From Candidatus Hodarchaeota archaeon (GTDB lineage: Archaea; Asgardarchaeota; Heimdallarchaeia; Hodarchaeales; Hodarchaeaceae), in assembly GCA_016840035.1 (NCBI GenBank), contig JAEOTC010000078.1, forward strand, positions 1-17,845: a stretch of 17,845 nt of DNA, in the 5' to 3' direction. The stretch's first letter is position 1. The number at the start of each line of letters is the position of its first letter. Below are positions 7,555 through 15,869 of the stretch, in pieces. The notes below the pieces were generated by a model, which saw nothing but the letters and a program-made list of their open reading frames with translations, searched no databases and had not been told where the DNA came from. The position numbers and the translations under genes were made by a program.

Positions 7555-9399
7555 ATGGCCTGGCATTTGATGGGTGGTTTAAATGCAGCAAAATGGGATA
7601 AACAATACACGGAACGGCAGATTATTAGTCGTATCTTACCTTATCTCAAGAATCATAAGAGATATCTAATTTTAGTGATTACTTTTTCTCTTTTAAGTGC
7701 ATTAGTTTCAATAATCGTACCATTAGGATTAGCAATCGGATTGGACCAGCTTTTCAAAGCGCCAGAGGATAGAAATCTAACTATCATTATTGCAGCTACT
7801 GTTGGATATATGCTTCTTCTTACTCTAGAGTGGATACTCACCTATGTGACTACAGTGAATAGCCAAAAGCTACAATCGCATGTTACATATGATCTGAGAC
7901 GGGATATTTTTTCTAGGGTCAATAATCATGAAATTGCCTTTTTTGACCAAAATAAAACTGGAAAAATTATGTCACGAATTTCAGGGGATACTTTTCAGTT
8001 AGGTGGAGTGTTAACTTCAATAATGGATCTAGGATCCGTAATTTTACGTGCCACTCTAATTATTGGTATGATGTTATTACTTCAATGGCAATTAACATTA
8101 ATCTCGCTCGTAATATTCCCTATTTTATTTGGAACCGTTTATGCATTTCGTTCAATCTTCCGTAAGGCGTCTTTACTTCAAAGACGAGCCGAGGCCACAT
8201 TAAACTCGTTTGTTGAAGAACAAATCTCTGGGATTCAAATTACAAAATCTTTCGGTCAAGAAAAGGTTATTTTAGATAATTTCAGTAAACTTCAGAAAGA
8301 TAAAGTTCGTGTTAACATTCGACAAGCGACACTTTTTCGTGTGGTAGGCCCCTTATTCGATGTAATTGCTGCTTTTGGATTATTTATCCTTCTTGTATTG
8401 GGTGGAAATTCGATACTTTCTGGCACCTTAACGGCTAGTCTACTCTATCTCTTTATTACATATTTACGTAGGCTGTTTGAACCCCTTATTGCATTATCTA
8501 CTTTTTATGCGACTTTACAGGGTGGGTTTGCCGCAGGAGAACGAATATTCTCTCTGATGGATGTTCCAATTAGTATGTATTCTCGAGACCAACTTCCTAC
8601 ACCTCCTTTGAAGGGAGAAATTGAATTCCAAAATGTTAAATTTGAATATAAAAAGGATGAACCGATTTTAACCAATTTTAATCTTCATATTCCCGCTGGA
8701 CAAACTCTTGCCATTGTGGGACAGACAGGTTCGGGTAAAACTACGATTGCGTCTCTTCTTGCGAGATTCTATGAATATACAGGAGGAGAAATCGTACTGG
8801 ATGGAAAGTGGTGCTTGAAACATCTCGAAGCAGACAGTTTACGGAATCAGATCGGTTTTGTTTTGCAGGAACCATTCCTTTTCTCTGGAACTATTCGTGA
8901 TAATATTCTACTTGGCTCTCCAAACGCATCTAAAGATCAATTACAATGGGCTTTACACGCAGTAAATGCCGATTCCTTTGTTAAACTTCTTCCTAAGGGA
9001 TTAGACACTCCAATTCGCGAAAGAGGGAGAGGACTATCCCAAGGACAAAGACAATTGCTTTCATTAGCACGTATTCTGTTGAAAGATCCCAGAATTCTTC
9101 TCCTCGACGAAGCTACTGCATCAGTAGATGCCTATACGGAATATATGATTCAAAAAGCGCTAAAAACTGTTTTTTCCAGTCGTACAACAATAGTAATCGC
9201 ACATCGTCTCAGTACAATATTAAATGCAGATAGGATCTTAGTTCTTGAAGAGGGCAAGATTGTAGAAGAGGGAACACATGCTGAATTAATCAATAAGCAT
9301 GGTCCTTACCGAAAACTCTACTTTAACTATTATGCTCATCAAGGATCTCTACAAGAGATAAAAGTTACAGAGAAGTCTACCATTACGGCTACTCACTAA
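7555..9399 (+). CDS. ABC exporter, fused permease/ATP-binding subunit (heterodimer chain 2)
   Basis: TMD, Walker A GQTGSGKT, signature LSQGQ, Walker B ILLLDE and IAHRL. The ATG directly abuts the upstream TAA, with GAGGAGG at 7540-7546. Confidence 0.95.
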   Translation: MAWHLMGGLNAAKWDKQYTERQIISRILPYLKNHKRYLILVITFSLLSALVSIIVPLGLAIGLDQLFKAPEDRNLTIIIAATVGYMLLLTLEWILTYVTTVNSQKLQSHVTYDLRRDIFSRVNNHEIAFFDQNKTGKIMSRISGDTFQLGGVLTSIMDLGSVILRATLIIGMMLLLQWQLTLISLVIFPILFGTVYAFRSIFRKASLLQRRAEATLNSFVEEQISGIQITKSFGQEKVILDNFSKLQKDKVRVNIRQATLFRVVGPLFDVIAAFGLFILLVLGGNSILSGTLTASLLYLFITYLRRLFEPLIALSTFYATLQGGFAAGERIFSLMDVPISMYSRDQLPTPPLKGEIEFQNVKFEYKKDEPILTNFNLHIPAGQTLAIVGQTGSGKTTIASLLARFYEYTGGEIVLDGKWCLKHLEADSLRNQIGFVLQEPFLFSGTIRDNILLGSPNASKDQLQWALHAVNADSFVKLLPKGLDTPIRERGRGLSQGQRQLLSLARILLKDPRILLLDEATASVDAYTEYMIQKALKTVFSSRTTIVIAHRLSTILNADRILVLEEGKIVEEGTHAELINKHGPYRKLYFNYYAHQGSLQEIKVTEKSTITATH

Positions 9400-9425
9400 T
9401 CAGTAATTCTATTATTCCAATAGAA

Positions 9426-10298
9426 TTATTTAGTCGACTTATTCCCGAATCTTTGTGTAAAAAACAGAATCATGAGTGGGGGGAGAACTACTAGAGCAAG
9501 AAGAGTGAAAATAATTGAAGAATCGGATTCAGTCAAAGTAAAGATAAATCCGCTGATAAAAAGTGTCACATCTATTGTATAGTGGATCATAATTGCAGGT
9601 AGAAGACTTTCAGTTTTAAACACTAAATATGCAAGAGCAAACCCTACAGGAAAAGCTGCTATTGAGGTTAGGACCACAGAGGTCAATTCTTGCCCCAAAA
9701 GAAAATAATTAAACGTATGAAAAAGTGAAAATAATGCACCATTGTATATCATTGCCTTTCTAGCTGAATATTCAGTTTGTAGAAAAGAAAAAATGAATCC
9801 GCGAAACGCAATTTCTTCCCATATTCCCGGAATCAGCGCAAAGATAAAGATAAACCACCCAAGACCATTTTCATATTCAGGAGAGTATAGTAGATAAAAA
9901 TCGGGTGTAAACACTCCTAGAATAACTGCAAACCCCATCACAATTAAAAAGAATGATAAGCTTAGGAATATCCCAAATATGAAGACTTTCTTGGAAATAT
10001 AACTGGAATGAAGACGAATGGATTGACCAATCCTATAAATCGAGAACCCATTCCGTAAATAAATATAATAAGGAACAAAAACAATCCACAATAATCCACT
10101 TAAAACAAATCTTGTGATGAATTCAAAGAAAATACTACCAAAAGGTGTGAGATTCTGAAAAATCGCCTTATCAAGGTTAAGGTAATCAGGGAGATATATA
10201 AGCCCGTAAAGAATGGTCAATATTAGTGTAAAAATAAGGGGATGTTCAGAGTGATATGGTCTTCCACCGACTTCAGGAAGAGTCTTCTGAGAGTTCAT
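9426..10298 (-). CDS. CPBP (CAAX protease/Abi, Rce1-like) family intramembrane glutamic endopeptidase
   Basis: Multi-TM protein carrying all three family motifs: EEIAFRG (EExxxR), FSLFH (FxxxH) and SLLPAIMIHYTID (Hxxx[N/D]). Confidence 0.92.
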   Translation of the reverse strand: MNSQKTLPEVGGRPYHSEHPLIFTLILTILYGLIYLPDYLNLDKAIFQNLTPFGSIFFEFITRFVLSGLLWIVFVPYYIYLRNGFSIYRIGQSIRLHSSYISKKVFIFGIFLSLSFFLIVMGFAVILGVFTPDFYLLYSPEYENGLGWFIFIFALIPGIWEEIAFRGFIFSFLQTEYSARKAMIYNGALFSLFHTFNYFLLGQELTSVVLTSIAAFPVGFALAYLVFKTESLLPAIMIHYTIDVTLFISGFIFTLTESDSSIIFTLLALVVLPPLMILFFTQRFGNKSTK

Positions 10299-10319
10299 TA
10301 TTCGGTAAGAGAGAAATAA

Positions 10320-10338
10320 AGGATATTTAAACTATCCT
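10320..10338 (-). promoter_or_regulatory. TATA box of the CPBP gene embedded in an inverted repeat (putative operator)
   Basis: AGGATA-TTTAAAC-TATCCT. The minus-strand TTTAAATA (10324-10331) ends 25 nt before ATG 10298, which fits a leaderless transcript. Confidence 0.55.
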
Positions 10339-10628
10339 AAATTGGCAAGTTTTTCGAAAATAGTTATTTCAAGCGTCATTTAGACTAATCCATTTAACAA
10401 AAATCTTTCACGAGAAGCAAATGCGAGTAAAAATGAGTTTTCTGGTTAATAAACATAATTTTCTTCTTATTATCTCCGCTAAGCACCGAGATACTAAGAA
10501 GATTCTTCAATTTAATTTCATAGTCATGTATTAACAAATAGCACCCTTTTGCCATATTAATCTAATATTTAAGAAATTCAATTAAATTAACTTTTACTGT
10601 TCCTTTTGCCTTTGTTGGTGTTCTTATT

Positions 10629-12689
10629 ATGTTTAATTCTAGAGAATTCTATAAAAAAGAAAATGAAAAGATTTACTCAACCTATGCAGATTCTATCACC
10701 AGAATCAAACAAATAATTGAAGAAATGAGTAAAATTGAAGATGATTTGAAAGAAAACTATTTCTCATTTATGACTCACACAGCGAAATTAATTATTAAAC
10801 TGTGCAAACTTGAAGCAAATTTAACTGATGAGTATTTCAGGAATACACCCTTAGAAGAGTTACAAAGTACCAATAATTCACTATATGCTGAAATCCTTCC
10901 TAGAAATTATGAAAATAGTTATGCCAATCCACAGTATTGTGTTAAAATATTTGGGAACGAGTATGGACAATTAATATCATGGTTTTACACCCTTTACCGA
11001 GCTTATATCACTTACGCTTTTTATCATAAACAGTATAAAATGGAAGAATATAACCACCATTTTATAGAGGTTTATGATTATATTAAGAATAATTCCATTG
11101 ATTATGAGACTCTTAAAGAAAAATTAACTGGTATAATGAAAAAAGACCGATCTAGGGATATATATTACCAGTATAAAGAGCAATATGATGTTGAATTTAA
11201 ATATTATACGTCAATAATTATGAATGAAGATCTAAGTGATCCTAAATACTTATTCAGATTTGGAACTTACATTGCAGAGAATGAAATCCAAGCAAGCAAA
11301 TTCATTGCCCAATATCCATCAGATAAATTAGAATTACTAGCTGAACAAATTGTTAAAGCATATTATAATGGATTTTCAAGAGATAATAAAGCACAATTTC
11401 TTCAACAAAAATCGTCAATTGGATTTTTACCAACTATAGGATTGGAAAAACTGTATAGAAAGATGATTTCCTTCTTTAACCAATCTGAAAATAGATTAAA
11501 GACAAGTTTTCTAGGTTATAGATCGACAAGAGCGAACGAACAATATGATTATGATCATAAATTTGATATGGCTTTAGTTTTAGATGATAAATATAAGGAT
11601 AGGAGAATAAAAGACTATCAAGAAGGAATCAGCAAAAATGAGGATATTTTAAAAGAATATTCAGGTATTATGTATATTGAAAAGTTTGGGGATCCTCAAT
11701 TTAGTCCCGAAACCAAAGAAGAAAATTTGAAACTTACCCCAGATCAACAAAAAATCTATCAGAGATTTAATGGGGAAATTATTCAGATAATCAATAAATA
11801 TATGCCAAGATCTGAGACATCTTTTTGTATAGTAGGTTTTCCCACTCCAAAAATCGGAAACGACTATGAAGCAATCTTTGAGGAAACTATTAAAATTAAC
11901 ATGCTTGATTCCGCAAAATATGAAGGAATTCAAAGTAAAATTATTGATGTACTGGATCAGGCTTCTTATGTTCACGTTAAGGGAAAAGGAGATAACAAAA
12001 CTGATCTAAAACTGGCCATGCAACCAATAAAAGATTCAGCTAATCAGACCAATTTCATGAATTCAGGTGCCTCAGTCAATATTCCTTGTGGAGAAGTGTT
12101 TACAGCTCCTCAATTAGAAGGTACAACTGGGATTTTACACGTCTTTGAAACGTATCAATCGGGATTGAGATATGATAACTTAATACTACATTTTACAGAT
12201 GGTTACACAACAGAATATAGTTGTACTAATTTTGATTCTGAAGATGAAAATAAAAAGTATATCAAAGATAATCTACTCTTTCCTCACGAGAAATTACCGA
12301 TCGGAGAATTTGCTATTGGAACTAATACTATTGCATATATGATGGCAAGAAAGTATGATATTATGAAATTATTACCTATTCTAATTCTAGAGAAAACTGG
12401 TCCCCATTTTGCTATAGGTGATACATGTTTTTCACGAGAAGAAGATAGAGAGGTATTCAATCCCATCAGCAAGAAAAGTGTATGTTCTAAGGATAATGAA
12501 AAATCGATTTTAAGAACAACTGATCCCATGGAAGCCTACACAAATAAACATGAGGATATTGTTCTTCCTTTTGATGATATAGAATTTATCACTGCAATTT
12601 CAGAAGACGAAAGAAAAATCGATGTTATTAGAAACGGTAGGTTTGTCATTCCAGGGACTGAAGAATTGAATGACCCAATGGATAAGTAA
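10629..12689 (+). CDS. M29-family (aminopeptidase T/II-like) metallo-aminopeptidase, long form with extended N-terminal domain
   Basis: C-terminal catalytic motifs NIPCGEVFTAP, IGEFAIGTN, LEKTGPHFAIG and KHEDI supply the E,E,E,H,H,D metal-ligand set. A GGTG RBS lies upstream. Confidence 0.88.
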   Translation: MFNSREFYKKENEKIYSTYADSITRIKQIIEEMSKIEDDLKENYFSFMTHTAKLIIKLCKLEANLTDEYFRNTPLEELQSTNNSLYAEILPRNYENSYANPQYCVKIFGNEYGQLISWFYTLYRAYITYAFYHKQYKMEEYNHHFIEVYDYIKNNSIDYETLKEKLTGIMKKDRSRDIYYQYKEQYDVEFKYYTSIIMNEDLSDPKYLFRFGTYIAENEIQASKFIAQYPSDKLELLAEQIVKAYYNGFSRDNKAQFLQQKSSIGFLPTIGLEKLYRKMISFFNQSENRLKTSFLGYRSTRANEQYDYDHKFDMALVLDDKYKDRRIKDYQEGISKNEDILKEYSGIMYIEKFGDPQFSPETKEENLKLTPDQQKIYQRFNGEIIQIINKYMPRSETSFCIVGFPTPKIGNDYEAIFEETIKINMLDSAKYEGIQSKIIDVLDQASYVHVKGKGDNKTDLKLAMQPIKDSANQTNFMNSGASVNIPCGEVFTAPQLEGTTGILHVFETYQSGLRYDNLILHFTDGYTTEYSCTNFDSEDENKKYIKDNLLFPHEKLPIGEFAIGTNTIAYMMARKYDIMKLLPILILEKTGPHFAIGDTCFSREEDREVFNPISKKSVCSKDNEKSILRTTDPMEAYTNKHEDIVLPFDDIEFITAISEDERKIDVIRNGRFVIPGTEELNDPMDK

Positions 12690-12709
12690 ATCCTCAAGAA
12701 AAATTATGA

Positions 12710-12732
12710 AGTGGATACATCACGTATCCACT
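12710..12732. terminator. Stem-loop between convergent genes (possible bidirectional terminator or 3'-end stabiliser)
   Basis: Perfect 9-bp stem AGTGGATAC-ATCAC-GTATCCACT, 20 nt after the aminopeptidase stop. No long T-tract follows. Confidence 0.5.
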
Positions 12733-12774
12733 ATTATGTAGGTCTGTATTCCGAAGAGAAATAAAACAGATGGG

Positions 12775-14166
12775 TTATCCAGATACGGTAAACCCATCAA
12801 TAACTATGGTAGGAATTTTAATGTTAAAAGGTGTTAAAGTGGCATCACTGCACAAATGACGAATGTCATTGAGTCCCTTGTAGAAATTCCCTGCGATAGT
12901 TACAGGATCAAGAGAACCAGCAATCTCACCATTCTTTATGTATAGAGATTGGGGAGCGACAGCTGAAAAGTCACCACTGATAGGATCAGAATGACCTAAA
13001 CCCATGACATAATCCTGCATGAAGATACCTTCTGAAATTTCGCTTATAGCTGCATCCACATCAGTGGAGCCTTCTGAAACCATAAACGTTGTCACTCCAA
13101 TCTGTGGAGTTGATGTAAATCCCTGACCACTACGTGAGGCATTTGCGGTACTTTCTGTACCAAATACACGAGAATAATAGGTATCAAAAAGGAAATTCTT
13201 TAACACTCCACTCTCAATCAAAGAAGTTTTTTGAGCTGGAATTCCTTCGGCATCAAACGCTGAGGTGCTTAAACCTTCAGGGAGTTGTCCATCATCATAT
13301 AAAGAGAATTCTTTGAGTGTTATCTCTTCACCAATTCGATCAGCGAACCGAGATCTTCCTTCCACAACCATTCGTCCGTTCAATGCAGGTGAAAGACTAC
13401 TCATGACATACGTGGAGCTTATCCGAGGCTCCCAAACCGTTGGTATCGGTTTTGATTGATCTAGTTTCTTGGTTTCTAGGAGGTTTACGGCGTGTTTAGC
13501 TGCTTTTTCTGCTAGTCCATCCCATTCCAATGCTTTTGATCGAGTTATATCAAATTCAAAACCGACTTTTCGTTTATCAGAACCAGGTTCTTGAGCAATG
13601 CACTGAATCACGATAAATGAAGCGACAGCTGTGCTCGCATTATTGATTCCTCGACTATTTGCTACGGCAAACCCTCCATAGGCAAGGCCTGTATTTCCCA
13701 CAATAGTAGCAATTCGTTTATCGACCTCTCTGGCTTCTGAAGTGATCTGATTCACCATCTGAATCAGCTCAGCTGATGTGAGGTCAAGAATAGGTTTGTA
13801 AAAATCACCATCAACGGAATGACGAGTAATAGGATCAGCGAATCCTTGAAATTTTTCATCAGACGCATTTATTGCTTTCATAGTCGCAACAGCATCGTCC
13901 ACTGTCGCAAAAAGGCCTTCTTCAGCTAACCCAGATGAAGATGCAAATCCAACACATTTCTTATCAGCAACGCGTACACCAATTCCTCCACCAAATCCAT
14001 CAAGTGCTTTTGGTAATCCTCCCTCAATACTGATTTCACTTTCATATCCATATTGAAAATATGTTTCTATTTCCATTTCAGGATATTTAGAGACCCCATA
14101 CTTGATTGCATCATCAGCAAGTCCCTGTAGATAATCTTTTATATTTTCAAATTCAATTTTACCCAT
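12775..14166 (-). CDS. pmbA: PmbA/TldE-family protein (non-catalytic partner of TldD)
   Basis: Motifs GIGVRV...GFASS, SAFDAEG, LIESGVLKNFLFD, STANASR, SGDFS and IAGN. It has no HExxH and lies directly downstream of tldD. Confidence 0.9.
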   Translation of the reverse strand: MGKIEFENIKDYLQGLADDAIKYGVSKYPEMEIETYFQYGYESEISIEGGLPKALDGFGGGIGVRVADKKCVGFASSSGLAEEGLFATVDDAVATMKAINASDEKFQGFADPITRHSVDGDFYKPILDLTSAELIQMVNQITSEAREVDKRIATIVGNTGLAYGGFAVANSRGINNASTAVASFIVIQCIAQEPGSDKRKVGFEFDITRSKALEWDGLAEKAAKHAVNLLETKKLDQSKPIPTVWEPRISSTYVMSSLSPALNGRMVVEGRSRFADRIGEEITLKEFSLYDDGQLPEGLSTSAFDAEGIPAQKTSLIESGVLKNFLFDTYYSRVFGTESTANASRSGQGFTSTPQIGVTTFMVSEGSTDVDAAISEISEGIFMQDYVMGLGHSDPISGDFSAVAPQSLYIKNGEIAGSLDPVTIAGNFYKGLNDIRHLCSDATLTPFNIKIPTIVIDGFTVSG

Positions 14167-14183
14167 AGAATCACATCCTAAGC

Positions 14184-15620
14184 CTAGTTTTCTCCTCCAA
14201 CTTGAATTTCTGAAAATAACATATGCGGAGCTCCCATACCTACGGAGAGTCCATTTTGACCGCCTTTACCACAACCTCCGAAGTAGCCAGATAATAGGAC
14301 AGTCTCCTGACTTAATGCTTCAACCTGTAAAAGGCATTGTAAGATATTTCCTGTCAAAAGGTGATCTCTAAGAGGATATTTTTTCTCCCCGTTCTCAACC
14401 CAGTATCCTCGTTGGGCAAAGAATTGGAAGTTTGACATGGCAACAGAACCGCCAGAAGTATCAATAGAATAAATTCCTGTCCCTAATAGCTCTAACATCT
14501 CTTCTTCGGTTTTGACATCACCTGGTAAGAAGATTGTATTTTTCATTCGAGGAATTGGGGAAAATCTATACGTTAAAGCTCTTGCATTACCGCTTAAACC
14601 TCCTGAATCGGGTAACGCATTCTCAGTTCCTCTGTTGTGTAAATAAGATTTCAGGACACCTGCTTCAACTAGATTAGTATTGGCTGTGGGAACTCCCTGA
14701 TCATCAAAAGGTAACCAAAGACCCCCTTCGCCTGGATTTACTCCTCTATCAATCACATTTATGATATCATTAGCAATTTGCTGACCAATTTTTCCTGTAA
14801 GAGGACTTGATTTTTCAACTACTCCATCTGCTTCGGTGAGATGTCCAAAGGATTCATGAGCAAGTACTGCAGTCAGCTCTGGATCAGTAAGCACACGATG
14901 TTTTCCAGCAGGTGGTTTTTTGGCATCACATTTCTCAACTGCCCAATTATAGGCATTGGTTGCAATTTCTTCTGGTGTTCTTCCCTTCTGTTCCCATCTA
15001 TCAAGACCATAAGCTCCTCCATGACCATCTCCTGCTCGTAATAATTCTCCAGTTTTTGGATCCTTTACTATAACCGTCATCCGAAAATCCGTTACAATTG
15101 GTTTATAGCTAATCAAACGATTTTCAGATGTATAGAGCATTTTTATGCCACTCAACTCACCATATCTTCCAATAATGGAGTTTGCCTTTGGAGAGTCAAA
15201 TGATAACGCAGTACTTGATGCTCTATCGATTAAATCTTTCTTATAAGCCAAGTCGAATTTAATTGGATGTTTATTAATCTTAAACTCTAATGGGGTACGT
15301 AAATCAGGTAATTTACCATCTTTTTCAAACGGTAATCTAAGTCTTGCCGTTGGTTCCGAAGCCTTGGCAATTTTCACTGCTCTGAGAACGGTCTCCTTCA
15401 CATCAGGTTGGGAAAGAGCTGCGGTATAGCTAAATCCTTGTACTCCTTTATAATAAGTAGTAATACCAATTCCACGTCGACGTGAACTCAATACGTCTTT
15501 CATTGTATCTTTTTCACGAATAAGCGTTTGCAATTTTAAATCTTCAAATCGAGCTTCAACAAAATCAGCTCCTGCTTTTTCACCCTCATTCACTGCAAAT
15601 TCTAGTATATCTTCGATCAT
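14184..15620 (-). CDS. tldD: TldD-family metalloprotease
   Basis: HESFGH (HExxGH; 14841-14858), PFDDQG, GNARA, PIPRMKNT and C-terminal GCGKGGQ carrying the Cys metal ligand. ATG 15620 is preferred over TTG 15632. Confidence 0.93.
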   Translation of the reverse strand: MIEDILEFAVNEGEKAGADFVEARFEDLKLQTLIREKDTMKDVLSSRRRGIGITTYYKGVQGFSYTAALSQPDVKETVLRAVKIAKASEPTARLRLPFEKDGKLPDLRTPLEFKINKHPIKFDLAYKKDLIDRASSTALSFDSPKANSIIGRYGELSGIKMLYTSENRLISYKPIVTDFRMTVIVKDPKTGELLRAGDGHGGAYGLDRWEQKGRTPEEIATNAYNWAVEKCDAKKPPAGKHRVLTDPELTAVLAHESFGHLTEADGVVEKSSPLTGKIGQQIANDIINVIDRGVNPGEGGLWLPFDDQGVPTANTNLVEAGVLKSYLHNRGTENALPDSGGLSGNARALTYRFSPIPRMKNTIFLPGDVKTEEEMLELLGTGIYSIDTSGGSVAMSNFQFFAQRGYWVENGEKKYPLRDHLLTGNILQCLLQVEALSQETVLLSGYFGGCGKGGQNGLSVGMGAPHMLFSEIQVGGEN

Positions 15621-15869
15621 AAGCACATCCAATAGTTTATAATTGAGAATATTATCTCTAAGTTAAGAATAATGGTCTTCTACTAGCAAAATTATGTAAT
15701 AAGTATTCAATCAGGTGTTTATTTTTCACAGGATGTTCAGAGGAACAAGAGCATTGATAAGATACTACATTTCTCCTCGCTTTCGTATTGCTAATCCGGC
15801 TCAATATCAGTCAAATAAATCTCCAAGAAATTACATCCACCACAGTTTGATCTTGAATTTGTGATTATA

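Noticed and set aside
6111-7841. Short ORFs 6111..6296, 6200..6475 and 7653..7841
   Set aside because: Antisense or alternative-frame ORFs inside the well-supported ABC genes.
10394-10555. 53-aa minus-strand ORF (MAKGCYLL...VKDFC) upstream of the CPBP gene as a possible precursor peptide or CAAX substrate
   Set aside because: No leader/core pattern, the terminal Cys is not in a CAAX position, and the composition resembles translated AT-rich spacer. Kept only as something to test by conservation.
5167-12718. 12-mer TGAAGTGGATAC shared by the xdh RBS region (5167-5178, minus strand) and the hairpin arm (12707-12718), suggesting antisense regulation
   Set aside because: Several chance 12-mer matches are expected in 17.8 kb over two strands, and the match does not extend.
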